Both the position numbers and the translations under genes were made by a program. A DNA stretch of 61,952 nucleotides, counting the filler, from Hausera hauseri (lineage: Eukaryota), in assembly GCA_046269625.1 (NCBI GenBank). It is 13 parts of 13 records of this genome, joined end to end, with 100 filler letters (N's around TTAATTAATTAA, not from the genome) between each part and the next. Parts side by side here need not be neighbours in the genome. Positions count along the whole stretch, not along the records: positions 1 to 3,997 come from JBJURY010830637.1; positions 4,098 to 8,439 come from JBJURY010626775.1; positions 8,540 to 12,482 come from JBJURY010868960.1; 10 more parts are not named here. One strand, 5' to 3'. The notes beneath the pieces are model-generated. The model did not search any database, was not told where the DNA came from, and saw nothing but the letters and a program-made list of their open reading frames with translations. Below, piece by piece: positions 1-11,239 of the stretch (the first letter of the stretch is position 1; every line of letters starts with the position of its first letter).

Positions 1-369
1 TAACATTTCCATTGTAGATAACTGAACAAATGTCAACGTGGGATCTATCGAAACTTTCAAGTTCGGTGCCAATGTGGATGCTGTTTGCCTGTGTAGATTT
101 TTTTATGCCGTTTTTGTCAATTCTCTCTTTATGTTTCTTGTTGTTATATTTGTTGTTGATCTTCTCGGTGATCAATATCATATGCTATTTGGGCCAATTT
201 GCTGGTGCCGAATTTACTGGTCCTTTATTTACAAAAATTAATTGTTGGAAAAAATGTTTGAATAGTCAATAAATACTTCTGACTTGAATTTTGAATTGTT
301 TTGTTAATTCGCCATTTTGGCTAAACCAGTTTATACAAATTTTGGAAGATACAAAACAAACTTTTTATT

Positions 370-1377
370 GTCATTTGTTCTGTAAATAAACCGGTTATCA
401 TTCGTGAAGGTGGAATGGATGCCCTGACCAATATTTTGTGTCATACAGTTCAGGAAGAGATTACTGTTCCGGAATATCCACAAAGTTCAAATGAAAAATC
501 CGATTTATCTTCACAATTCAGCCATCGACTTTTGCACAATTGTTTATGGACATTAAGAAAATTATCCGATGCGGCTATTCGGTTTAATTTCGACAAACTA
601 CTGAAAATTTTGATCGAAGTTTTATTAAATGCATCGAAATCGTTCCATAAACAAAATTATCACATCGATACCAATGCTGTTACATGTGCTGATGGAATTC
701 TTTCGAATCTGACTTGTAATAATCAGTATAACATAGATACTTTGTTTAAGTTAGGTGGAGTTGAAACAATCCTTAAAACAATTGAATGGAATCTAGCTTT
801 AATGAACTCGAATACAGCAAACGAAGTTTCAAATAATTATTATCCGGACGACATTCTGGAACCGTATATCTGTGTACTACGCCACATTTCCAGTCGACAC
901 GAAGAAGCCGAACCTGCCCAGGTGTCAATTATCCAAAAACAAAGACTGCCCATTTTGATCAGATTATTTGAAATGCACCTCGGACCGGATTTGTTCCTCA
1001 TGCAAACGCACCAGTCTGTATTGCCGACACTGTTCATGTCGTACTACAACATCAACTGGAGTTTGATCAAGGCAATGATCGGTCTCATTCGAAATTTAGC
1101 AATGTCACCGTGTAATTTTATAGCGATTCGCGACAAGGAATTTGTGTGGCCGATGATTGTACTGATTAACAGAGCACAAATTGAAATGCTGAACAAGGTT
1201 TACTTTTCCATAGAGTAGTAACGTTTGAATGTTATTGTTATTTATTCATCACAGAGCATGTGCATGCCTGTTGGATCACGTGACAAATTGCTGGAAGAAA
1301 TAATTGAAGTGACTTGCGGTGCTTTGCATATGTTGGCCAAGGATCCCGGTATCAGGAGTCAGATTTTATCAATAAAG
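370..1377 (+). CDS. CTNNB1: Beta-catenin/armadillo homolog, internal fragment (central arm repeats); exons about 370-1197 and 1255-1377
   Basis: Colinear matches to beta-catenin motifs: CSVNKPVIIREGGMDAL, RLLHNCLWTLRKLSDAA, VTCADGILSNLTCNN, EPYICVLRHISSRHEEAEPAQ, WSLIKAMIGLIRNLAM, LEEIIEVTCGALHMLAKD. The two ORFs are joined in phase by a GT..AG intron. 5' and 3' exons are not identified. Confidence 0.9.
1198..1254 (+). other. 57-bp phase-0 spliceosomal intron in the beta-catenin gene
   Basis: AAG|GTTTAC donor and CACAG| acceptor; removal joins MLNK to SMCMPVG in frame; next donor AAG|GTAAAT at 1378. Confidence 0.8.
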
Positions 1378-1434
1378 GTAAATATACTCATCAACATTTC
1401 GTGTATATGTTTTATATATATATATATATATATC

Positions 1435-1998
1435 CAGGCGCGTATTCAGGACGTTATCGCCGGAGGCAATAAGAGCGTGGCTCGAAGAGCCGATGGGGTG
1501 AGGTTCATTGGGAGGAGGTTGTAACCCTCTCCCCATTAGCTAGTAGACTGGGAGAATTTTGTAAGCTCCCCCCCCCATTGGGGTCCGAGCAAAGTCCCGG
1601 CGACCGAACGATTTCGCGCATTTTATGCCCCTCAAATGGCATCTGCTGGACCATAAAATATCTTATTGCGTAAACAGTATACCATATTAAAGAACAAAGG
1701 TAAAGAAGCTGCCTTTAGGAATTCAACATGTGCCTCTGTGTTCCGTTATGACAAAGCCAAAAACTTAGAAACTGACTACGTCACAAGAACATTGTGACAC
1801 GTGACACATCAGGTATGGGGGCCGGTGAAAAATTAAATACATCAATTCATTCGGTATTTGGGTAGGCAGATTGACTTGCATTACGCTGTATTGCGACTTT
1901 ATTCTATTACAGTACTTCTTAATTCTGTAATAAAATTTTTCCAGTTATTTTTTTCATCCCGGGCGTTCGCCCAACGCCCCATTGGTGGATCCACGCTT
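1435..1998. mobile_element. Non-autonomous DNA transposon (MITE-like) inserted next to a (TA)n tract in the beta-catenin intron
   Basis: Imperfect terminal inverted repeats CAGGCGCGTATTCA ... TGGATCCACGCTT, GC-rich core (GTAAGCTCCCCC..GGGGTCCG), TA-rich flanks, no coding capacity. Confidence 0.5.
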
Positions 1999-3164
1999 AT
2001 ATACACCCGTTGCAAATTAATAGCATACCTTGATGTTGGCATTGGCAATCTGAAAATAAATTTGAGTAAATAAATATTAGAGAAATAATATAAAAGCTAA
2101 ATAAATACGTTTCTATAAAAATTTCAACAAAAACCGAAAACACCTAACAAAAAATTTACAAATATTTGTGAAAAATCAAATTAATAACATACATATATTA
2201 TTTTCAAAAGATTTATTTTTAATAAAAACACTGGACTAATAAGTAGGTAGAAGTGTCCGCTCCATCCCATTTCCCAAAAAGTGCTCAGATAGACCTGCGA
2301 CATAGTTTTCCCCACCTATCTCGCAATTCTGAGCATTTTATGTTTTGTGGTCGGAACTCCCCCCAGGATTGAATGCACATGTAATGTGTCGCACATGTTA
2401 CCGACGGAAATCGGTAGAACTCAATGAGGCGAGAAAAGTTTTATAGCGCGGCGAGAGTCAAAAAGTTTACTGAAGGGCGCTAGAAGCAAAAGAAGCAAAA
2501 CAGGAAATTTTTATGAGAAACGAAACACGAGTTACGAATTGCGCAATGTTTGGTGCCAATGTCAAACCGATGTCGGGGAATCAAATGCGCACAAGTTAAA
2601 CGTTGTCTGACCATAGAAACATGGGGAAAATTCAGTGGGAAAATTTCATACAGAGAAAAATCCCACTTGGCAAGTCAACTGGTGCTGGAAATTGTTTGAG
2701 AGGATAGCCGAAAAGGAGGTGAGCATTTCATATTATAAGCGCCTCACGATCAGGCCATTGTAAGTTGGTGAAAAACGCGTTGGTTTGGTGGTGAAAATCA
2801 AAGTCGAAATCATCATCATCATCATCATCAAAATCACAAAATGCAAATCGTCGTAAAAATTTCGAAAGTCGAAAATTTTTTGTTGTCACACAAAATCTAC
2901 TTCATCATCATAATCATGAGCACAGGTACGACAAGTTGACACGTGCAATAGTGAGGCGCGATGTAAAAGAAGTGTGCGTTAGGCGAAATGTGAGCATCAG
3001 ACTAAAAATGTGCCTGCATGCATGCATACATGTTATGAAAATGAAATAATGACTTGTGACGTGTGTGTGTGTGTGTAGCAAAGGGACGTCGAAGTGATGG
3101 CAATAATAACAAATGTGTAAAAATTACTGTATTTCTCAAAATGAACACAAAGTATAATCAGTGT

Positions 3165-3443
3165 TCATCCAAGTATATGTAACGTTAGCCACAGTAAGCA
3201 ATAATGTCCGCACAATACGGTCAGTAGATGTTGATAATGAAATCGATTGTATTTAACACGATATGATAATGATGATTGTCGTTCAATTTGTAAAACTAAC
3301 GATGACGGGTAGTAAAATCCGAGTGGATCGAATACTCCGACGACGTTGGTCGGATGGTGGACGTACACAGCAATCCAGTGTTCGCCCAGCAACGATGAAG
3401 TGTGTGTATAGACAATAAAGCCGCCCCAAAATTTCGCACCCAA
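3165..3443 (-). pseudogene. Adenain-like cysteine protease (Polinton PRO)
   Basis: Catalytic motifs GEHWIAVY (His), FDPLG (Asp), Q..TVLCGHYC (Gln/Cys); N-terminus damaged. Confidence 0.85.
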
Positions 3444-3558
3444 GAGTAGTTTTCTGTTGTGATTGAGCTCGGTGGAGCTAAACGTGAATTAAGTATAATA
3501 GTAACAGTAGTAATAAATTACTTCATAATACGAAGAAGTGAGACACAGCGGATTTTAT

Positions 3559-3997
3559 TTATACAATGACGGTTCCGTTTTTCGTTATTTCATCATCGGC
3601 ATCAAATACACCGTAAATATACATCACGGTAGACTGCTCCAACGCTTTAGTAAAGTGAACCTCCAGTTTCCCTGTTGAGGTAGTTGAGTCTGCTCAACAC
3701 CATAATCCGGTGTCAGAACAAAAGTGAAGAATGGATAGGTGGCCTTGAACAGATCCATCCATATGCCATTGTTGATGTTTTTGTTCAGTAAACCCATGTT
3801 GCGCACAATAGATTGCATATATGTGCACACGTAATCATTAGACTAAAAGTCTTCTTTGTACGTCTCAAAGAAATCCGCATTCCGACCCAAACTGATGTAA
3901 TTCACATTGCTATGGGTAAGCGTTTCCGAATCGGTGGTATAACTGCCCGTTTGTTGAACAGTCGTTTGAAATGTAACGAGCACAAATTTCGGCAATC
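3559..3997 (-). pseudogene. Polinton major capsid protein, C-terminal part
   Basis: LPKFVLVTFQ..GSY.., NNGI..DLFKATYPFFTFVLTPD..QQGNWR, YIYGVFDADDEITKNGTVIV* follow the double-jelly-roll MCP C-terminal pattern; internal stop and frameshift; cut by spacer. Confidence 0.75.
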
Positions 3998-4097
3998 NNN
4001 NNNNNNNNNNNNNNNNNNNNNNNNNNNNNNNNNNNNNNNNNTTAATTAATTAANNNNNNNNNNNNNNNNNNNNNNNNNNNNNNNNNNNNNNNNNNNN
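3998..4097. other. Artificial contig spacer (44N-TTAATTAATTAA-44N), first of 12
   Basis: Same 100-bp six-frame-stop linker at 3998, 8440, 12483, 17131, 21554, 25922, 30457, 35142, 39424, 46606, 51184, 56678; separate 10-N gap at 13512-13521. Confidence 0.98.
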
Positions 4098-4659
4098 AAT
4101 ACTTTCTTTCTTGTTGTGTATTCTTTGTTTTTCTCTTTTCTTTTCTTCCGTTTTTTTCTCTTTCTCCTTTCTAAAAAAAAATCATAATGGTGTGGACAGG
4201 ATGGCTGTAAGGGGAGAAAGGGAGGCCATCAAAAAAAAAAAAAAAAGACATGAATGACATAGTTTGGCACTTGGACCCCGGCAAAGGATGTAAGTGCTGA
4301 TGCAGATGCAGTAATCTCAGATGAGCTGCTTAAGATGAGGGGTTGGACTTTTTCTTCCCCCAAAAAGGAGGCCGAGGCTGGGTTGAGGCCACATTAGACT
4401 GTAGGCAGGATGATGAGTAGCAATTGAGGGAGATTGCTTTGTAGACTGCAGGCCGGTAGCTAAAGCCAGCTGCTGAAGAATGAATGTGGGGTGGTAAATG
4501 ACGAACGGCTTGGGATGAATGTAGGTAGGCTGGTAAATGAAACCCAACTCCTGAATAATGTGTGAATGGGCACAAGTCCCCCCCCCCCAAGAAGAGGCCG
4601 AGATTTTAGGTAGAGGCTGCATTCCGAGTGAAGGACTGTGGTTAAGGGAGGAGGACTAA

Positions 4660-6330
4660 AAGAACTGCAGGCTGACAGATGAAGGCCAGCTGCTGTGAAT
4701 GTGAGTGAAAGATGGAAAATTAAGCTAGCTGTTGAGGATGCAAAGGAGAGTTGGTAGATGAAGGCTAACAACAGGGGGCGTTAGTGTGTGCTTGCAGGTG
4801 TAGGCTAGCTACAAAGGTGCTAGCATGAGCTGCAACACTAAAGTCAGCTATTGAGACCGTGACCATGAGCTGAAAATTTCAAACCAACTGCTAAGGATGA
4901 GCGTGTGCTAGTAGATAAAAGGTCAGCTACTAATAGCAACATGAGTGAACTGGAAAATTGAAGCCCGCTACTTGGTATGTGAGCATTGGCTAATAATGGT
5001 AACTGCTGAGTATGCATGTGAGAGCTGGTAGATGAAAGCCAGCTGCTGCAAACACAAGAGTGAGCTGATAAATTAAGTCAACTGCTGAGGATAAATGTGT
5101 GAGCAGAAATTAAAGCCAACTGGTGAGAATTTATGGATGAGCTGGTAAATTAAAGCCGACTGTTGAGGACGCAAAGCTAAGCTGATAGATGAAGGCCAGC
5201 TGCTGAAGACACAAATGTGAGCTAATATGTTAACACCAAAAGCAGAAAATGCATTGTTTAGTTAGTGAATGAAGCAGACTGCTGAGGATGTCTATGTGTG
5301 CTAAAAGATGAAGGCCAGCTGCTGAGGATGTGTATGTGTGTGCTGTAGAGGAAGGCCAGCTGCTGTGGATGATAATATGTGCTGGTAGTTGAAGGCCATC
5401 TGCTAAGAAGGTGAGTGTAGGCCGGTCGATTAAGGCCAGCTGCTGAGGATGTCTGTGTGTACACTGGTAGATGAAGGTCAGCTGCTGTGGATGATAGTGT
5501 GCACTGGTAGATGAAGACCAGCTGCTAAGGATGTCTGTGTGTGCTGGAAGATGAACCTCAGCTGCTAAGGATGTTGTGTGTGCTGGTAGATGAAGGCCAG
5601 CTGCTGAGGATGTCTGTGTGTGCTGGTACGTGAAGGCCAGCTGCTGATGATGTGAGTGTGAGCTGATAAATAAAAACCACCTACTGAAGAAATTGATGAG
5701 AGCTGATAAATGAAACCAGCTACCGAGGATGCAAATATGAGCTGATGAATTAAAACCATCTACAGAGGACTTGAATAAGAGCTGATAAATGAAACCAGCT
5801 ACCAAGGATGCAAATGTGAGCTGATAAGTGAAAACCAGCTACTTAGGACACAAATGTGAGCTGATATGTTAAAACCAGCTATCGAGGATGGAAATGCAAG
5901 CTGATAAGTTAAAACCAGCTACTGAGGATGCAAATGTGAGCTACTCAATGACACTAGTTACTGAGGATTTAACTGTGAGCTGATGAATAAAAAAATGCCT
6001 ACAGAGGACACGAATGAGAGGTGATAAATTAAACCAGCTATGGAGGATGCAAATGTGAGCTGATAAATTAAATCGAGCTACTGAGGATGCAAATGTGAGC
6101 TGATAAGTTACATCCAGCTACTGAGGATGCAAATGTGAGCTGATAAGTTAAAACCAGCTACCAAGGATGCAAATGTGACTTGATAAATTAAAGGCAAGTG
6201 TTGAATTGAAAGTGTGAGCAGGTATTTAAATGCCTGATACTGAGGGTCCCAACTTGAGCTGGGAAATAAGAGCCGACTGCTCCGAATGTATCTATGTGCT
6301 TGTGGATGAAGGCCAGCTGCTGAGAAAGAT
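4660..6330. repeat. 40-bp tandem minisatellite with two sub-types
   Basis: Units TGCTGGTAGATGAAGGCCAGCTGCTGAGGATGTCTGTGTG (about 5280-5650) and GCTGATAAGTTAAAACCAGCTACTGAGGATGCAAATGTGA (about 5660-6190), degenerate copies on both sides. Confidence 0.9.
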
Positions 6331-8329
6331 AGTTTGTGCTGGTTGATGAGTGTGAGGTGGTAGATAACAGGATAGCTGCTAAAAGGCATGAATAGCATGC
6401 TAGGGTTGGGAGAGGAAATGATAAAAGCTTGCCATGTATAAAGCAAGTGTGTAAGATCAGATTCCCAGTGTGGTAGAGAGCAGAAACAGGGACACTGGAG
6501 ACAATGAGATATTGCGCCTTCGGGAACGGCCCCCTCTGTTGATTTATGTAAGACTCTGCACAGAGAATGGCTTGACCAGCCGGACAAAGTCCGAACGAGC
6601 CAGCAGCCAGCTCGTGTGACAGGAGGCACACTTATACAGAACCAGGGAGAGTCACAGCCAATGAGAAACTGACAAATCTAATAATACGGAAATGAGGACA
6701 GCTGTCAGCGGCGGCTTCATAATCACAGTGTCTTATCATAGAGATACAGTAAAATGTCAAGGCAATGTGAACCCAGTAATTACTATCCATTACACCCAGA
6801 AAAAAAACAGAATTAGAAAATGATGAAACCAACCACCAACAGAGAGTTGCAATATATCCTCACCTAGGAGTTGAAAAACGATTGGCGACTAATATGGAAG
6901 AGAGACCCTGGTGAGTATGAGAAATAACTTAAGGTATAATTAGTTTAGGAGAAGACTGCGACAGTTTTACTGGTGAATTGTCTTGTGACTGAAGAATACG
7001 AGTGTTTTGAGAACGACTGCCTTTTTCATTCAACTGCTACAACCGGACTGAACAAAGCTGTAGACAGTTTATTACTCATGCTTGGTTAAATAAACGAATT
7101 TCAACAAACTATGGAGACATGAGGTAGCCTTATCAGCATCAATGAGTTTTGACGAGCCAGTTAATTAAAAATATGTTCAAATTCAATCATTCAAGTTTTT
7201 TCTAGTGACCCCTTTAAAATGCAAGCTGAGGTAAGATAATTCTAACTTTCTGTTCCAAAGTTTAATTATGATCTGAAAGGATTTTTTTTGCTTGTTAAAT
7301 CTAGTTTGATTACATCAACCTGTTAAAAGACTGTAGGTGGAAATTAGCATTCTTTGCTATAACCTGGCACACTTTGCAAAAAGTAAGCATGATATGAAAG
7401 GAGATCACCATTAGAATTATCAGTCATTTCTTGTGCTGACTGAAAGTTAAACTGGACATGAGGAATTTTTGGTGTGGTTTATATTATTGTTGGTCTTCTT
7501 GTTCTTTATCTTCTTGTTAATGTTGTCGCAGGTAAACAAGGGTTGTTTTTAAATATTCTGCATAAATCAAATTGGCATTTCAAAAATAAATCAAACAGAC
7601 TGGGATGAAAATAATTGTACCTGTCAAGCAAGGCATGAACTAAAGAGAAGCTTCCCTTAATTTCTACAATGTGGGAAAAAATGATATCTGGAATTCAAGT
7701 AGATGCTCCTTGGAAGCTTACCAACTACCTGAAGCCATTTGCAGAACAGTTATTCCCTGCATGTAACAACAAGACCTGTATTCCTCCCCACAGCTAAAAT
7801 ATAACGGTATCTATGACTAGTGTTACATATTGGTCTTGAGCTGTTATTTCTCTGTTCTACTAAAAGTTGTATGTGACACAATAAAAACTTCAAATTAGGG
7901 TTTACCAATTCACAATTTTTATTGTAAAACCCATGGAATTTGTGGACAAGGTGAAAGATGTCATAATGGAAAGCAATGAAACTATGGTTTCTTTTTTCCT
8001 GATGAGTTACAGTAATACAGGTAGAAAAAAAGTTAAATAATTTGGATGATTTTTCTTTGTTGAAATAAAGTTTTGTCTCTCCTCCAAGAATCTTCTTGAG
8101 TCCGAGGAGTTGCAGGTGAACTGAGCCTAACAAGCACTACCTCCACATGGTTGACAAAGAAAAACTGTTTGGTCACAAAAATGGCTTCCTTTACGCCTCT
8201 CTCCAGTAGCTGCAGGACCTGGAGACAGAATGGTCAAAAAATACAATTCTGATCCAAGATTTAACACAGATTAAAAGAAAAGTCTGCCTGGATTAACCTC
8301 TCTATGACAGACATGTCTCCCAATCATTT

Positions 8330-8439
8330 CTACTGTTTTACAGATGGAGCCTTTCTGAACGGTTCGGTAGGTGCAGAGGTTCTGATTTTGCGCAACTGAA
8401 GTGAGAGAGATCATAAATATCCACTAGGCTGTTTTGCAA
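8330..8439 (+). pseudogene. Possible RNase H start of a decayed non-LTR retrotransposon
   Basis: YCFTDGAFLNGSVGAEV resembles the YTDGS..G.VGAG RNase H start; upstream sequence too decayed to confirm RT. Confidence 0.35.
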
Positions 8440-8554
8440 NNNNNNNNNNNNNNNNNNNNNNNNNNNNNNNNNNNNNNNNNNNNTTAATTAATTAANNNNN
8501 NNNNNNNNNNNNNNNNNNNNNNNNNNNNNNNNNNNNNNNGTCACACCTCGCCAC

Positions 8555-9011
8555 GGAAGGGGGTGATGTTGTGCCTAGCAAGTGACATGCTACATTAATA
8601 TAGTTTTTATTTTGTTAATTACTGTTTTGCCGAGGAATGATGCACTCTAGTCGTTTTGCCTCGTCGTGCAGTGCTTCTCATCGGGATTACGACCATTCGA
8701 ATTTCTGGATCTCCGTTCGAGATAAAAATCCTGTGACAATACAACGACATGGAATGATCGAAATAAAGTTCAAAGACAGGCTAATCAAGACCTCAACCAA
8801 AGTGTTGCTCAGAGTTTCCTTTGCTGTTCTGCCAAGACAAAGATATTCATCAAATACCCAAAATTCCCTATTACTATATATGTATATACTGTATAATATT
8901 GCATTATTATAATGAACATTGTTAAGATGGATATTGATGACCAGTTTTTAGTTTTGAAATTTGAATAAATCAATTTTTCCTTATCACCAGACTTTTTCTT
9001 ATGAATCTACA
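8555..9011 (+). mobile_element. Polypurine tract plus 3' LTR (8567-9011) of the ordinary Gypsy family, inserted into ORF1 of another element
   Basis: GGAAGGGGGTGA then TGTTGTGCC...TCTACA with AATAAA near 8964. The start resembles the LTR at 27878 (GGGGGGTTGA-TGTTGTGCCC). No primer-binding site after 9011, and the downstream reading frame runs up to the LTR edge. Confidence 0.7.
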
Positions 9012-11237
9012 AAGTTATGTTGTGAAGAGAAACTAAATGAAGCTATAGACTTGGATTAGCCAGAAGAAGTGGCAAAAGAAACACTAATCCAGTGGAAACG
9101 CGAATTAGAACCCTGGACGAAAAATCAGACGAAAACTCCAGAGACGTGGGATAGAACTATCCAAAGCATTGAAACTAGAATCAATCAAGCTCAGTCGTTA
9201 TTAAATACATTAGAAACCAATCTGAAATTAAAAAGGGCAGTACGTAACTTAGAGCGTGTCATGGATGAAATTAGATTTATCGTAGTCAACCGACTGAAAA
9301 AGAAGCCGGTTAAAGAACGGACTTAGGTCGATCTAGGAATAATGGGCATAGATTCATTAGATATTCCGCCACTAATGGAAATGATAAAAATTGCCGCCAC
9401 TGCAACTAGACAGTATACAAGTTTGGACAACCGTCTTAAAATTGAGGCCGACAAGAGATCGCAAATATATGGATTGAGAAAGAGAATTATGCACCCAAAT
9501 AACGACGAAACACAGAAAATAATTTTGGCCTGTATCCTCGAATTCGAAGAGTATAAGGATTAAATCGATTACGTCCGTCGGACAATCGATTTTATTAAGG
9601 GTCCAGACGACGAGCTAGAAGATGCGCAGAGAATGATAGACAGGACAATAATGGCAAAACCCGAAAACGATAATCCATTAAAGGAATGGTCCGAAGTAAT
9701 AACAAGATTGAGTGAATTAGTGGCAAATCGAAAGAAAGAATTTCAGGAGAGCGAACCTTCCGTAAGGAAGCGATTAGAGGAAGACACCCGGAATCTAGAC
9801 ACTATGAAGGAAGAAATTGACATTCGAACTCAATTCGAGGCATTATGTCAATTGAACTTTATGGAAAAAAATCAAGAAATGATGATACTAGATAATATAT
9901 ATAAGGTGATCGAAGAAACAAATTTCATGCGAAAGCGGAATGCGACTTGCGATTTCTATCCGCGATTAAGAGACGTCCGCCTGAAGGGAATACGATGGTT
10001 GACAGCCAAATCTATCAAAGAAATCTCAATCCGAGATCTTAAAACCTTAGACTGTTGTCCCGAATACCGGTTAGTCGTGGAAGAGGCGGTTAAGTTCTTA
10101 CATCGTCCCCAAAAATGGAGAGATGGAACGGATCAGACTTCATACCGAACTAATTAAAATAAAGAACGACCGCCACCTTAATTTCGAAGAGATTAAATTT
10201 GTAAAAAAATATTAGATGCGATCGATTCAGATTCAAACAGTATTAACGAGATGTACGAATTACCGCTATTGATGACGGAAATGGCAGAAATTAGTGATGA
10301 AAAGTTAAGACAATTGTCGCAGCAGATACAGCAAGTCGAAGAAACTTGCATTAAGACGAAACAGAGAACGATGAGATTAGACAAAAAACAAATACGCTCT
10401 TACAGAAGCAGAAAAGGCTGATAAGTCAATTCGTGCAGATATGGCAGAAATGTAACGGCTGAACTAACAAACTATCAAGAAAAAGGGGTAATTTCACCCG
10501 AAGAATTATGTTCGATACTAACACTACTCCACCAAACATCCGCTAATGGGCGCTGTTTCCGAACAACGAAAATGGTCCAAATGCAACAGAAACTACAGGA
10601 ACTCAGAAAAACTATGTGGACCGCAAGTATGGACGGACCAACTAATACACCGTCGAAGGGTTATCAACCACCAGTCGATGAAAATGAACCAGATTGGGAG
10701 GCATATTTAGATGCAATGATCGCCGAGAATCCAAAAACTCCAATACGATTGGTTGAAATGGAGGTCTATTCTCCAGACCAAAGATTCAATATAGGAATGC
10801 TCCTGGATCCGGTATAAACCGAGAAAGATTTAATTCAATTAATTGAAGTGAACCTTACTGAAATTCAATTGAGATATCTAGTTCCTACCTTAACTAAGTT
10901 AGCTAGCGAAGGTACGATTTCTAGTACAGTAACTAAGCTTTTACTTAAGGAATATACTAAATTCTTAAAGGCAAAGGCAGAGGAAATGGTTCCAGTAAAA
11001 ATAGTATCCGACTGGATGAACGAGAAAGTACAAGAGTTCACTACTCGCACCCTTGTTAAGGATGTATTACTGTGGATAAAGGACAATGGATACGCCCATG
11101 AGTTGAGCTATAGACTTTATTTTAGAGGAAAGATACTAGACGAGTCAGAGTTATTGATAGAGGTTGGAATTATTCAAGGCGAAATAAACCGGTTAGTGGT
11201 ACCACCACTATCGATTAAACAAAAGAAGAGTCCATAA
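9012..11237 (+). pseudogene. ORF1 of the glycoprotein-bearing retroelement: helical/coiled-coil protein with C-terminal ubiquitin-like domain
   Basis: ORFs 9069, 9342, 9633, 10572 and 10848 are all in one frame, broken by stops (10160-10570 may also carry frameshifts). The C-terminal 72 aa (10986-11201) align with the ubiquitin pattern. Confidence 0.6.
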
Positions 11238-11239
11238 GG

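Larger units (their letters stand above)
2230..3997 (-). mobile_element. Decayed Polinton/Maverick segment (MCP C-terminus, protease, degenerate accessory ORFs)
   Basis: MCP then adenain-type protease on the same strand, as in Polintons; downstream remnants with Cys/His motifs (CAHL..KHCAIRN; TCATHYMCIQSW..KC). Confidence 0.75.

Noticed and set aside
1-350. ORFs 30-272 and 38-241 as membrane proteins or beta-catenin exons
   Set aside because: Hydrophobicity reflects T-rich low complexity; no armadillo similarity.
4042-4053. TTAATTAATTAA as a biological motif, and ORFs running into N runs
   Set aside because: Always centred in identical 100-bp N spacers; an assembly linker.
4660-6330. CRISPR array or coding repeat (ORFs 5230-5805, 6108-6629)
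   Set aside because: Units are contiguous with no unique spacers, the 40-bp period is not a multiple of 3, and the context is eukaryotic; the ORFs are by-products of the repeat.
8567-9011. 5' LTR of the glycoprotein-bearing element
   Set aside because: Preceded by a PPT, not followed by a PBS, and similar to the LTR of the other Gypsy family; better read as a nested 3' LTR.
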